Positions 10,347 through 24,169 of a DNA stretch of 28,450 nucleotides are shown here, in pieces. The DNA is taken from assembly GCA_054661495.1 (NCBI GenBank), contig BAAFSQ010000124.1, positions 1-28,450 of the forward strand, read 5' to 3'. Origin of the DNA: Zygophlyctis sp. KS116 (Eukaryota > Fungi > Chytridiomycota). The notes beneath the pieces were generated by a model. The model saw nothing but the letters and a program-made list of their open reading frames with translations. It ran no database searches and had not been told where the DNA came from. Position 1 is the first letter of the stretch, and each line of letters starts with the position of its first letter. The position numbers and the translations under genes were made by a program.

Positions 10347-12751
10347 AGAATCCACAGAATTCACAATATGTAATGCCCTACGTAAACCACCCTGTTGATC
10401 AACATTGATTTCTAATTCCTTTCTATAGCGTATGGTGTCATGGTTATAGTGTTTGCGGCCGTTTTGATTGATACCAATTTGGTCAGTTGGAAATGAAAGC
10501 TCGTTCTTTTGATATTCAATCGTGTCATCAATTTTAGGTCTATTTTGAGCCATCCGGTTGATAGAAGCAATGAGCTCCCCACATTGATCATTTGCAATGT
10601 TCTTGAAACCAGCTATACTTCAATTTTGAAAATAAGTTACCATTGCCTTGGCAAAGTATTAGAAGAAGGTGACTAGCATTCAGCGCTGTAATTGAATCCA
10701 GCGTCGAATATTCAGACCCAGCAGCATCAGCTTGAGTGAAAACTGACTTAAAAAAATGCATTAAAGGAATTTCATATCGAGCGATAATCGACAGGGCTTC
10801 TTCACATAACGAGCATAAAAGTACTAGAGCGACAATCCCTTCATTTTGAACAACTGGAAACGTTTGAAATGCCCTTACTGGATTAAAATCGACATAAATA
10901 TCCAATGAAAAGTCAACCAATGACATTTGATGTGGGGGAGGTGAAGATAAAATGAATCCAGTAACAATTTGAAGTAGCAGCGTTACGCATCCGTACTTCA
11001 AAAGCAATCTCCCTAAGCCAGGAAGATTATGTTTATGAATAAGTTTGATAAGATTAGCATTTAATCGACCAACTTCGTTCCTAATGTTACTATCCGCTTC
11101 ATCTGTTGAGCACCAGCTTAATATATTAATTTTTTCAATAAGTGAATGGGTTCTTGGTGTCAGTTCAGATTCTACATATTCTTCTTCAATATAATATTCA
11201 TATTCACAATCAAGGATAATTCTGAAAATATTTCGAAAATCTATTCCATTAGTATTAAAATAAATTACCTGATTTTCCAGTCGTTAAATTTTTTAGGATA
11301 CTTATGCAGTTGCAAGTTAGTTGCCTGTTATGGGGCGCCTCCACTAGATCCATAATAGTCTTGAACAGCAAAGTTGAGCTTAATCTTTCTTTACATGAAT
11401 CAGCCAAAGTTATGTTTTTCAATGCACTTATGATTGCCTGTATTAGATTTGCGGAAGAAAGCTGATGGTCCTTATTTAACTTTTGAACTTCCTTGTTTAG
11501 TAGTCTGATCAGAACTTCATCTACTTCATAGCTTTTGACAAGCTCATAACAAGTCTCATCTTTCATTAAATTTGAAAAAATACCGCTCCGAGCTAAATTC
11601 CCCAGACATAAAGCACCCGCGATAGCCAATTCTAATTGCATTCTTTGAGTGACATGGTCTGTTTGGATCCATCTTTTGAATGTATTTACAATTTTATGAC
11701 TTGATGCTAGATCTTTCATATGAAAATCTTCAACTTTTAAATTAAAAATAAGTACCATTTAGAGAGAGCAAAGTAACTAAAACGGAATAAGTTTTTAGCA
11801 AATCGGCTACAGTTCCTTGAAATTCATATGAATAACTATAGTTAGCATAAATCAACGAGGGATCAATATCGACAATAAGTTTGTATAGCTCTTCAATGAT
11901 CCATAATAAATCAGTTGACAAAAATGAGCTTGAGATAATTTCTTTTTGAGTGTAATCTTCAGTCAGAAACCCGTAATCTTACCATCTTCTATGATTGTTT
12001 CTAAAATCAAACCACAAGCATCCAAGGCCTCCAATCTTTGCTTGATTGCTACCAAAGAACTTTCATTCCCAGATTTGCAAATTTCAAGAATCTCTTCTAG
12101 ACAGAAACGCAAAATCAATTTTAGCGTGGCTAATCCACTTGCTAAAATGAGCGCTCTAGGACCTGAATCTACGAAATTATTATGACAAACCAACCTATTT
12201 CTAAAACATTTGCCAACAATCGTAGCCCCGTAACAACAAAAGATATATTTTGATGCTTCGAATCGATTGATATCTTTGATAGTATTTTTGGAATCCCGTT
12301 TAAATCCGCAATCATTTTTTGTGTTGTTCTATTTTCCATTGTTAGATTAACTAAAACCGATAATGTCAAATCTAATTGGAAATCAATGCATTGAAATATT
12401 CTATGTTTTAGAGAATAAATTATCTACCTCTCCACTGCATTGGGAGTTTCTGATATTATGTCCCTATTATAACCTAAGCCTAAACTACTGTATTCATTTA
12501 CCATTGTTAAAAGTCAAATTGCCAATACATCTCAGGAGTTGAAAGGTAATAGGAGATTCAGAAGGGGTAATCATCTGAGCTATAAATGGAAGAAGCTCGG
12601 AATTTCCAATAAATTCCCTCCATTCATCTACTCATTAATATTGAATCTTACCATCCTTTGCAAATTCCGCGATTTCGTTCGCTGCGTCAACTGCGTCTTT
12701 AGACTCGAGCCTTGATTTAAACGCCTGGAGAGTTTCTGAATTCATTTTCAT
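10287..12751 (-). CDS. Armadillo-repeat SmgGDS/RAP1GDS1/Bem4-like protein (~741 aa)
   Basis: Nine introns (12628-12651, 12474-12501, 12401-12427, 12169-12194, 11957-11982, 11728-11755, 11560-11583, 11241-11268, 10613-10640) give one frame. Motifs LRCIGNLTFNNGYNR, GALCLGNLARSDETC and ALKNI. The last exon is the least certain. Confidence 0.75.
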
Positions 12752-12814
12752 TACAAAAGCACCTCAATTCTAGCCCAGAACCTCTATAACCCACCCATTT
12801 GACATGTCCGATAA

Positions 12815-15800
12815 TTAATTCGGACCTTTTATTTTTTTTAGAAAATCATCAATGTTTTCCTCTACTTCTTCCTCAATCTCCACACCTTCAATGTTCTGTG
12901 CATCAGTTGGGAATAAATCTAAAAGTACGTCGGTTGACATACTCTCAAGCCCAGCGTTTTCAGTGTTAATTACAGTATTTGCGATTGATAATTTGAATTT
13001 TTGTAGTCTAAAAAATTAAATTAAATATCATACCCCATAATCTTCTCTTCGATTGTTCCTTTGGTAATAAGTCTGTAGACATTTACTACCCGTTTCTGAC
13101 CTATTCGGTGCGCACGGTCCATGGCTTGTACGTCCTTCATTGGATTCCAATCATGCTCAAAAAATATAACAGTGTCAGCTCCTGTCAAATTCAGGCCCAG
13201 GCCTCCAACTGAAGTGGTCAACTAGTTTGTAAATTATCAAAATCCTACCACCAGAATGTCAATCGATGGGTCAGCATTAAATTGCGTTACAATTTCATGC
13301 CTTGCATCCAGACCAGTGCTACCATCCATTCGTAGCCATGATAAGCCTGGAATATGCGTTTCAAACAAATCTTTTTCGATGATATCAATCATGGTCTTCA
13401 ATTGTACAAAAATTAGAGCCCGATGGGGAGCGACTGCAGTGTCTTCTGACTTGAACGCTATTCCACATTGTGTTAGTAAATCTTTTAATGCCAATAGTTT
13501 AGGGGCGTGTCTAATATCATGTAGGCTTGATCCTTTTCTTTCGAGCTCTTGTTTGATCTGAGAATATTCTGGTTTTTCATTTGAAAGTACCAGTAATGGG
13601 TGATTGCATACCTTACGAAGATATTGAAGATTTTGAAATATATGAGTTCGTTTTTGGGGTTCTTCCTGCTCATGGACTTTTGAATCAGAATTGTCCTTTT
13701 CATACTCTTTGTAGAGTGAAACTTGCAACTCGCTCATATCACAATAGTAATCTTGGATAATTTTGGGTGGCAAATCGTCTAATACATCGTCTTTCATTCT
13801 CCTGAGAATAAAAGGAAGAACTTGCTTATGAAGTGCCTCAACAGCTAGAGCAGCCTGTTCTTGTTCTCTTCCAGAAGTTTTTGAATCTCTTGAAGCTAAA
13901 ATCGGTTTGCTGTATAGATCGTTAAATTCTTTTTCCGTTCCTAATAATCCAGGCATTAAAAAATCGAAGAGGGACCATAATTCTAAAACATTGTTTTGTA
14001 TAGGTGTTCCGGACAAGATTAAGCGATGAAAAGCCTGAACAGATTTGACTGCCTTTGTGAGTTTAGTCTTTGGATTTTTGACTATAAATATTATAAAAAA
14101 TTAAATACTAATATGCCCTTCATCAAGAACCATGTAGTTAAAAACAGCACTTCCACTAAAGCAAAACTCGAGATCAACTTTCAAAGTGTCATATGATGTG
14201 ATAACAACATCATAGAGAGAGAAATCTTTCACCATTTTCCGTCTATCATTTTTGTTTCCTATATGAAGGATTGGCTTTAAAAAAGGGGCAAATACTTGAA
14301 TTTCGCTCAGCCAATGTCTACATAATGAAGGAGGGCAAACAATGAGAGATGGTAAATCTCTAGAAGCAGCTGGAGTGCGATTCAGGGCTCTGTTAGCATG
14401 ATCAGAAGCGATTATACATATTGTCTGAAGAGTCTTTCCGAGTCCCATATCTTTTCATCAACGATATTCAATACTTACCGTCACATAAAATACCATGAAG
14501 TCCATATCTATTTAAAAAGGCCAGCCAATTCACTCCATCTTTTTGATACGGGCGCAGCTGAGCTTTAATGTCAACATTTAGCTCAAAATCTTCCACTTTT
14601 TCGGATCCAACAAGTTGTCCCATAAACTTCCTTTCTTCATCCTTCAATCTTATCATTTCCGGGCTAAATCCTTCTGGATTAGGAATTCCTTTTTCCAAAG
14701 GAACCAATTTCACTAGTTTAGCAAATATATTTGAGCATAAAAATCGAACATTAGAATCAGGATCAGACATTCTTCGCAGAATAGGTACAATCAAAAATAC
14801 TATATATGCCAAAACTTCATCTTTCATCATTTCCAAGATTTGAAAAATGGCCTCTGATGCTCCAAGGCGATTAACTAATTGATTGGTATCCGACATTAAA
14901 GGAAGAATTTCGTCGATAACAGCTTTCATTGAAGGAAAAGTTAAATGAAGGCACATAGTTCCCAAACAAGTAGATGCGCGATATCTAACTATCGAGAGAT
15001 TGTGGTGGCAAAGTTCACATATAATTTCCAGCAGCGGTTGGATTTTAGTATCGAGAATTGATCTTTCCAAAAAAGGAATAATAAATTGTAGTAATGTCAT
15101 AGCATTTAAAGTTTCGCTAGTTGAAGAGATTGATTTGGAATCAAAGGTTGTGAGTGGCAAACCAATTAAAGTCCACACGCTTGGTATTTCAATTAATAGA
15201 GCGGCACCAAACATTTTGCAAACTTTTGAAAAAACAGCGATTGATCCCCGAAATTCAATTGATTGGGCGGTTTGTAACTCTGCGTCTTCATCACCAGTAA
15301 GATCACCCATCAGCGAATTTTTTCTTGAGTTTTTCGTCTTTTTGCTTTTTTCACTCTTGATTTCTATCCCCAGCCGAAGTTTCTCGAGAGAAAGGATGGG
15401 AAATTGAACTTGATCTATCGGATCGTTTATAATGAATTCGGGATCATTACAAACCATATTTGATACTGTCTTAATTATTTTTTCATTTATAGCTAAAGCT
15501 TTACCTCCCTTTTTGGAATTATAATAAATTAATTCAGACATGGATTCCGCTGATCTTTGCTGGAAATATAATTCGGATTCCTTTTTTAAGCTATTTAGAA
15601 GAGACCTTATTACATGATTCTGCTTTCCAGGAAAATATTCGGTACAAACCAATAGACTTGCCATTGATGACATATATATGATTTCCATACTTTCTTGACG
15701 GGAGTAGAAATCACCAACTGCATTTTTGAGTTTTGTTTTCTTATTATTTAAATTTTCCAACATCTGAGATGTCGAAGATGTAGAATTCATCATTTTCATC

Positions 15801-18172
15801 AGATCGTCGAAAATATTGCTGACAATATTTTCTGCTATATGTACTGTAAAAATAGGTCCAAGATCTGAACTTACACGGTTTTGATCAAACGGCAGCAAAG
15901 GTAAATTCGGAACTTGACATCCTGCACTTGAAAAAAGTCTAAACAATGTATCTGTTTGCTGCCACACATCTACAAGGTGTGACTGAAGTTCGAAGAAAAG
16001 CGGCTGATTTCCACCATAAACAGAAGTAAGTTGATCATTTATCAAATATATCAGACCGTTAACAACCGGAAGATGTGATGAGTCTTTTGAAGGATACTTT
16101 TCATGAAAATTGAAAAACCAGTATTGAATAACTATAGCGACAAAAATGCGATTAAATACATAAGGACTGTTTATACAATTTGTAAGAATTTGAGAGACTG
16201 ACTGGATTGATAATTCAGTGGTATTTGTGTCAAATATATGAAATAATAATTGCCCAAGAGCCTTAGAGGCAATTACGCGATTAAACATCACCTGCGATCT
16301 CGAAACAACAGTGAAGTCTTGCATCGCCATTGCTTTATCATGAGGAGATATATTAATACCCTCATTACCTTGAACTTTTCGAACATTTCCTATTATAAAA
16401 CGACCCAACTTTTGAGCATTCGATTTTTCAGATGTATAATAAATGAACTGTCCAGGATCTATCCGTGAACCTAGCGGATACATTAGCATGGTAAAAAACC
16501 CCGGCATAAATGAAGAAAAATATGAATACAAATCATCGGATAATATGTTGGCGTTTAAGGCCAAAACATTAACTATTTCGTTCCATATTTTAAGTGAAAG
16601 TTCAACAATTTCGGGCTTCTCTTCTAGGAAAAAATTCTGAAATAGTAAATGCAGTAAATCAGGAGTTATCCAAGAAATGCTTGATCTTGAATTAAACTTT
16701 AGAGATGCAAATGTAGACAATGACTCTAATATAGAAGCTCTTGCAGAAGATATAGCATGCCTAAAAAAAGGATAAATTTGTGGTACTAAATGTGATAGAA
16801 AATCACAGGTTTCATTTTGAATAATGATAGATATTTCTGGTCGAGTTATTAATTTGGAAATTAAGTCCATAATTGAAACTGTGGCAGAAGTCAAATCATC
16901 TAATTCATGCAAACTGTTCCATAAAGGAATGAGTATTGTATCAAAAATTTTAGGTCCAGAGAATATTCTAACAATATGATCTACAATTGGCACCAAAGTG
17001 AGTGCAGCTACAACACGGACATCATCATTCGCATCCAGAAGGCCATCCAGAATAGTTGAAAGAATCGGAGAGAAATCACCATCTTCACCTTTAAACAAAA
17101 ATTCCAATAAATCGGTCCTAACAGCAAGTATATATTTGAGCCCAGTAAATGCAGCTAAACGAATTCCCCAAGATTGACCGACAAGTTCCGAAGAGATTTT
17201 AGATTCTCTAATTAAAACCAATAATCCTTTAGAAATAATGTCAAAAATAAGTTCTTTTGAAGCAAATTGCGATACAACCCCTAGAACCTGAGCAGATACT
17301 TCCCTTACAGGGATTTGGGGATTATCACCTACAAAATCAGTAAATTTATCTAATGCCAAAACGCATAATAGCCTAACTGATAGATCTCTACACCAATCTT
17401 GATGAATTTTAATATTCTTCTCGTCTTCAAAATCATCCATTTTCCCCATACTCCCCCCTAAATTCCTTAAAATCTCACGTAGAGCCAAAGCTGATCCATG
17501 ACGCACTTCCCAAAAAGGAGAAAAGAGCTGTTTTAACAATTTTTGAATCAGATATTGCATAGGATGTTGATTTTCAGGAATTTGAAATTCCAATTCCTTT
17601 TTATATGCAACAACCACCTTTTCATTTTCAATTTTGATCCTTTTTGTTGATTGATTTGAGCTTTTTTCTTTTCTCTTTGCCCGATTTCTTTCTCTTGCAG
17701 ACATTTCTGGCACATCTTCCTTTTTCAAAGACTCTTCCTTCAAGTCTGCGACATCAACCAACCCATCTATGATCAGTAAAATACTAATAATCGTACCTAT
17801 TTCTAGACCAAGTTTTTCCTTTATAATTTTTTTTTGTTCGTCCGCTTCCATTATAAACGCCTCGTACTCTTCGCCGGGACTTTCCAACAATGGAATTCCA
17901 TTTTTCAACTCTTCAAAGTCTGAAAACTCTAAAAATTCAAAATCTCTCAACTGCCAAATCACAGATACCTGCATGCTTCCTAGAGTCATTGCCGTCTGAG
18001 TTCTAGTGTCCCAACTCTTAAATCCCAAAAGTGGCACAATTTTGACCAGCAAAGAAGCCAGATCCTGAGGCCTATTATTGACAATCTGTGCAAGTTGAAT
18101 TGATGCATTTCTCTTGATTCCACTAGACGATCCCTGGTCCAACAATACAATTAAACGATCCAATCGACTCAT
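12815..18172 (-). CDS. MOT1: TBP-associated Snf2-family ATPase Mot1/BTAF1 (~1739 aa)
   Basis: [15 protein letters not shown] start and HEAT repeats. ATPase motifs [42 protein letters not shown] and [11 protein letters not shown]. Introns 17767-17796, 14451-14478, 14082-14108, 13222-13248 and 13008-13033. Confidence 0.97.
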
Positions 18173-18394
18173 ACAATGAAAGTTTAGGTCCTGGTTTTGC
18201 AAAGTATCACTAGTCCCTAATGACCATTATTAAAGGCCATTTTTCTATGATTAGATTGGATATAAATAATTATAATTATAAGCCTCTTGTACTCTAGTCA
18301 TCTATGAGAATATCTAAACACGAGGGTGAAATTCGTAGTGTCCGAAATCTACACAATTGCATAACTTGCATTTCTAACCTAAACTTGAACCAAA

Positions 18395-18652
18395 ATGCTT
18401 CAAATACTTCCCTGCTATATTGACAAGGATGGCAAAGAGCCTGATTTAGAAAAATACTTTCTACACGATGGAGAAACTGGGAATTTTAGGGGTAGAAAGC
18501 TGGTCGGAGTGACTACAGAACTAGAGGAATTTAAAGGACTATATAAAAAGAAATCCTTTTCTAAAGTCTTGATGTGGAGTCATGATACGAAATCAGAGAG
18601 TTTGGGACAGATTTTGAAGGTGATGAAGACTCTGGATGCATTAAATGGATAA
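18395..18652 (+). CDS. RNH203: Ribonuclease H2 subunit C (minimal, 85 aa)
   Basis: LPCxIxxDG...YF and FRGRKLxG motifs plus a C-terminal W-S-H-D segment, typical of RNASEH2C. Confidence 0.75.
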   Translation: MLQILPCYIDKDGKEPDLEKYFLHDGETGNFRGRKLVGVTTELEEFKGLYKKKSFSKVLMWSHDTKSESLGQILKVMKTLDALNG

Positions 18653-18806
18653 GGAATGCAGTAAATAATTATATTTTGTATATTTGAGCTGAATTGAAAA
18701 GTTTTGTCCGATCCATCAGATTCAAGATTTAGTGCATTCTAATGTAAAGTAAAGAGCAAAAGAGATCAAAACAAAGTGTCCGATTTCGTGTCCTAAACGA
18801 TAAAAA

Positions 18807-20103
18807 ATGAGCAAAGTTGTGATTTCAGATAATGGAACTGGCGTAAGAAGTATTGTCTAATTTTAGTATGTCAAATGTGGTTTCAGTGGAACTAATTTCC
18901 CTCAAGCCATTTTTCCTGCTGTCGTTGGAAGGCCGCTCATGAGAGCTGAAGAAATTAAACAATTCAATTCTGTTAAACTAAAGGATATTATGGTCGGGGA
19001 GGAAGCTACAGATGCCCGTTCTTTCTTACAAATGACTTATCCAATGGAAAATGGGATCGTGCGTAATTGGGAAGATATGGGGCATATTTGGGACTATACT
19101 TTTCAGAAATTAGGGATTACAGACGCATCTCAACATAAAATATTACTCACTGAACCTGCGATGAATCCTAAAAAAGGTAGGGAAAAGATTGCACAGATTA
19201 TGTTTGAAAAGTACGGTTTTGAAGGAATTTATATTGCAATACAAGCAGTTCTTACTTTATATGCTCAAGGTAAATTAACTTAAAACGATTTCTAGGACTT
19301 CAGACGGGTGTTGTTGTGGATTCTGGGGATGGTGTGACTCATATTGTTCCAGTGTATGAGGGGTATTCTCTACCACATCTTGTGAAGCGATTGGATGTTG
19401 CAGGAAGAGATATTACTCGTTATTTGATCAAATTATTGCTTTTAAGAGGATACGCTTTCAACAGAACTGCAGATTTTGATACTGTTAGAGCAATTAAAGA
19501 GGAATTATGTTATATTGGGTATGTTTACCAAATTTTATAGTTTAGATATGATTTGAAATTGGAACAGAGATTGGCTACGGAAACTACAGTCCTTGTTGAA
19601 CAATACACGGTATTTTATCTCTAAATAAGTATAGTTGCCAGATGGTCGTGTTATCAAGGTCGGATCTGAACGTTTTGAGGCGCCGGAAGCTCTCTTTCAG
19701 CCTCATTTGGTTGATGTTGAAACTCCTGGAGTAGCTGAATTATTGTTCAACTGTATTCAATCTGCTGATATGGATCTTCGTCCTGAATTGTATAAACATA
19801 TTGTCTTGTCTGGTGGTTCTTCAATGTATCCTGGACTACCAACTAGACTAGAAAAGGAGCTGAAACATCTTTATACGGAACGTGTATTAAAGGGCGATAC
19901 ATCAAGATTAGCGGTAATTACAAATATTAATCCATTAGAAATTTAAAATTCGTATAGAAGATCCTCCACGTCGTAAACATATGGTATATTTAGGAGGTGC
20001 TGTATTAGGAGAAATCATGAAAGATCGTGATTCATTTTGGATCTCAAAAGCAGAATGGGAAGAAATGGGTCCTAGAGCTCTTGATAAATTAGGTCCTAGA
20101 TGA
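18807..20103 (+). CDS. ARP2: Actin-related protein 2 (~389 aa)
   Basis: [74 protein letters not shown]. Introns 18843-18866, 19270-19295, 19519-19545, 19610-19634 and 19914-19938. Confidence 0.97.
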
Positions 20104-20133
20104 TTTTTTATTGAAGATGGTTGATTTTTAATT

Positions 20134-21553
20134 CTATCCAATACAAGGTGCCAATTTTTTCCACCACGGTACATGAACTTTTTTGAGCGCATCCTAGATT
20201 TTTAACAAATATGTATACTCACTCTAGCGTCCCATACTCTAATTGATTTATCGCCAGATCCAGTAAAGAGGAATCCAGCCAATACCTTTACGCAATATAC
20301 TAATATTTTCAAAATTTAATTAGATTACTCCCATCAGTATGCCCTTCAAATACCGCTAAACAGTCCCCATTCTTTGCATTAGATACATTAATAACTCTTA
20401 CATCAACTCTAAAACACCTGGAATAAGAAATTTATATTTTACCTGATCGTTTTATCGTATGATCCCGAGAAACATCTATCATTAATGACGTGAAGACACT
20501 CGACCCCCCCTGTGTGACCATGAAAAGTTTTGATGGTTTTTAAAGACTAAGAATTATTTTAGACTTGAGTTATACCTCTAAATCCCAAACTCTAACAGAT
20601 TTGTCCATTGATCTATACAAATTATTAACAAAATTAAATAAAAATACCCACTATATAATAAATTATTTACAACTTGAAGGCATTGAATCCCATCGGTATG
20701 ACCCTTTAAAGTAGCTACGGGAATTCCACTCTTTTGATTGAGAACATTATGACTTACTCCACGATTCCATCTTATAATCGTCATGTCCCAACTTCCACTA
20801 TATATATCCGTTTCTGTAATATCTAAACAATTTACAATATTCTTGTGCCCTTTAAAAATATGCATTAATTTTCCAGTCTGATATTATAAAATGATTTCAA
20901 TTACTTCTAAATTCCATGATCTGACTGTTGTATCCCATGATCCGGAAAATACACGTTTGCCTTTGACTTTCGTACATGATATAAATCCAGTATGTCCACT
21001 AAAAGAATGTAATAGAGCTCCAGTCTTTATTTTAGATAAAAAATAAAACCTCGGTATTCCATAATTTAAGACAATGATCTCCAGCTGAAATAATAGAATT
21101 GAATTTTTTCTGATCATCTAGAGCTATTGACAATGCATAAACATTCCCTTCATGGGCCTTGATTTTTCGGACTTGATCCATCTTTAATTTAGTAATTTTA
21201 GTTAAATTGATCATTTCAACTCATTTACAATATTAATACCTTTATTTTCATATCAGAATCATTAGTAAAATCCCATGAAATAATATTCTGATCGTGCGAT
21301 CCTATAAATTTTAGAATTTTTAGATACCAGTGAAAAGTGAAATATTTAATTTTTGAGTTGGATTTACTTGCTTTTTACTAACTTCATGATCATCTGGCTC
21401 TCCAAATTTCCAATTAACATCCAGACTATATACAGTACCTTCATGTGCTCTATATATTCCTAGGCATTTACCAGCTTGCGTCGCAGTTTCGGACATCGCG
21501 CGAAAGTTTCGCGTTTTTGAATTTTGCAAATGGAGATTTCTCTTGACGGCCAT
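20134..21553 (-). CDS. WD40-repeat beta-propeller protein
   Basis: Eleven introns join about 7 GH...WD repeats (e.g. GHTGFISC...FSGSWDTTVRSWN, GHTDGIQCL...SGSMDKSVRVWD). Ends DALKKVHVPWWKKLAPCIG* at 20134. Start is at 21553 or 21496. Confidence 0.85.
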
Positions 21554-21613
21554 CCTAGGCCATTCTTGTACTATGGTAAGCTTAACTGACTTATTCAAGA
21601 TGAGAAAGTAAAG

Positions 21614-22870
21614 ATGCTATTGTCATTTCCAGAATATAAACCTGGAACAGTTCAAATTGTGGTCACTGAAGACGAATCAGACGTAATTCTCATCAAACTG
21701 AGCAAAGTTATAAAATCAATGAATGATTTGATACATGAAAGTAATGTACATCTACTTCCGTTTGATTTTAAAATCGATCTCTCTTCTCATAATGTAAAAT
21801 CTATAAAAGTAACTGTAATTTTCACATCAACTGAACAATTTGATAAAGAAGGATGGATATTAAAGGATCAGTCTACTCTTCAGTCTCTATTGCATGGGAT
21901 GCATCTAGGAGAAATTAAGTCTTCTCTTATTACAGGAGGAAAACAGTCTCATGTTTCAATTAGTAAATCATGGGATTTAAAATGTCCTATATATGTTGGC
22001 GTAATAGCATCTACAGAACCAAGTCATCCTCTATTTTCAATTCTATTAGAATCAGAAGAAGAAGAAGTCATTGTCAAGGAAATTGTAGTTAATGTAATGA
22101 ATGGGATTGTATGTGGTTTTCAACAGGTAATTTCTAGTTTTAACTAGAAGGAAATAATTCTACTAAAACCTGGGATAAAACATCATTGGTCATTTGGAAT
22201 ATCTTTTCTTGACAATTCTACGAAATTAATTGTAGAATTTGAAAAGGGAAAAAGAGAATCTCAGCATGTTCAAGAAACTAATCCAGCCGTACTAAATATT
22301 CAAATACATTTACAAATAAAGGAAAATTCAAAAATCAGTTTCTGTAGTCACTGGGTCTCTTTATTAGATTTTTATAGTCTCTATAACAGTCTAGAGCCAT
22401 TAAAATCTTTGGAAACTAAACATGGAAAGAATTTCTTTAAAAAAGATTTAACAAACAAAGAACTAAATCCATCTCTTGAAAATAAATGTCAAATTTTCTT
22501 TACAGGTAATCTTTATAGAATAATAGTAGCACCAAACTGCATTTATCCACGCCAAATATTTTCTATTCAAGTTTATGTAGTTAATACTTCTACAAAAGAG
22601 AGAAACTTTCTCTTGAAAATTCCAGACCAACAACTTTGCGATTCTAAAACCAAATCTAACCAAAACCAGAATTTACTTTCTAATGACTCTATTGTCTGTT
22701 TGGAGGACTCTATATTAATTCAACTTTTACCTGGAAAAAGTTCATTTCTTAATCTTCATTTTGTAGCTCTTAAACCATGCACTAGCTGGATAAACAAGTT
22801 TCAACTTTATGATTCAGATCAAGATGCATGGATTGATTTGGTTAATTTATTAAAAATAACAACAATATAG
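21614..22870 (+). CDS. TRAPP II subunit Trs65-like protein (~411 aa)
   Basis: Intron 22127-22147 (or -22150, NAGNAG) fuses two ORFs. C-terminal FSIQVYVVNTS..R..L...SIVCLED.ILI.LLPG....L.FVAL...LYD resembles the Trs65 domain (recalled consensus, not searched). Confidence 0.6.
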
Positions 22871-22894
22871 ATGTAATTAAAATACCTTGAAAAT

Positions 22895-23398
22895 ATGACT
22901 CTACTCTTTGGCGGAGCAATTTCTCTTGAGATCCCTATAGACTATGTTGATGCAAGGTATTTAAATATTTGTAATTTGAGTAGTGATTTTCGTCCGATTC
23001 CCAGTCATCAGGAAGTATTTGTAGACTCAAAATCGGACTCATCACTCATCATTGAGATTCTAGAAATGGTTAATATTCAGACTGATAGCATGGCAGAGTA
23101 ATTTATTTTATTAAAGACTAGATATCATCTAAGACAAGTCTGTGAATCAATTTCAAATCTTAAAGTGGAGATTGGACTAGAAAATCAATTGTATTAAATA
23201 TTTTTTAATTATAGGGGTGCAATAGCATCACTGGCTATTGGGAATATTGATGATTTACAGATATATATGGTAGTATTTAGACTAGAGAGATTTAAAACAG
23301 ATTTATTAATTAGTTGGAATTCAAAGGAAACTATAACTGAAAGAGTCAGAGCTCTTGCATCAACCCTCATTGTTCTCGACGACTCATTGTTCTCATGA
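22895..23398 (+). CDS. MOG1: Ran guanine nucleotide release factor Mog1 (~142 aa)
   Basis: LFGGAI...DASDFRPIPSHQEVFVD..SLIIEILE, RL...TDLLISWN and terminal D-SLF. Introns 22957-22983, 23098-23121 and 23191-23214. Stop TGA at 23396-23398. Confidence 0.9.
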
Positions 23399-24025
23399 AA
23401 TTCCTTTCAAAGATCTTTCTATTTCTACTAATCTATATTATTATTGGATCTTTTATAGCCTGGGAGGCTTATTCGGACTATACTAATAGTAGAATTGATA
23501 ATTTATCAGAAGACAGTCTAGTCTCATTTTTAAATCCATCCAATCTTGTTATTGCTAAAGATCCAATCATGAGTAAAATGGGGAATGAAACTCTTAAACA
23601 AGAGTTGGGAAGATCTTCATGGAGACTGTTGCATGTGTATTATATTATATTAAATCTTTAGAATGATGGGGAAATTCCCAAAGACTCCAACTCCTGATGA
23701 AAAAAATGCATTAAGGGATTTTATATATTTATTTGCTAGATTGTATCGTAAGATTTCTTAAATTCTAAATTTACAGCATGTGGTGAATGCGCCGGGCACT
23801 TTCAACAAGTACTTTTTTAGATTAAACTCTAGATTCTAAAAAGACATCCACCAACTGTAGACTCTAGGAATGATGCATCTCAATGGGCTTGTAAAGTACA
23901 TAATATTGTCAATGAGCGGTTAAAGAAACCAATTTTCAATTGTACTAGCGTCTTGGAAGTCTGGTATTTTCATTTTTTAAAACTGATTTAAAAGGAAATG
24001 TGGATGTGCTGATGATCTTGAATGA
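23395..24025 (+). CDS. ERV2: ER FAD-linked sulfhydryl oxidase Erv2 (~173 aa)
   Basis: N-terminal TM, MGNETLKQELGRSSWRLLH, YPCGECAGHF (CxxC), C.VHN.VN.RL.KP.F.C and C-terminal CGC. Introns 23637-23661, 23748-23776, 23809-23832 and 23964-23994. Confidence 0.93.
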
Positions 24026-24169
24026 ATTTGATCAACTCAAAAACTGAGTTTGAATAACTTTGTGAATAGAATTCATTACAGTTTAGAGGTTGAAGGAGAA
24101 TTGAGTCGGTCGAATTACGTAAGTTAAGGGAAATAAAATCTCTCTAGTCTTTATTCACCAGTTTGAGGA

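Noticed and set aside
1095-17999. Antisense or off-frame ORFs (e.g. 1095-1481, 3410-3613, 5305-5499, 13256-13561, 14568-14843, 15000-15407, 17769-17999)
   Set aside because: They are shadows of well-supported genes and have no recognisable motifs.
19935-20192. 85-aa minus-strand ORF
   Set aside because: Mostly antisense to the last ARP2 exon; the WD40 terminal exon uses a different frame that stops at 20134.
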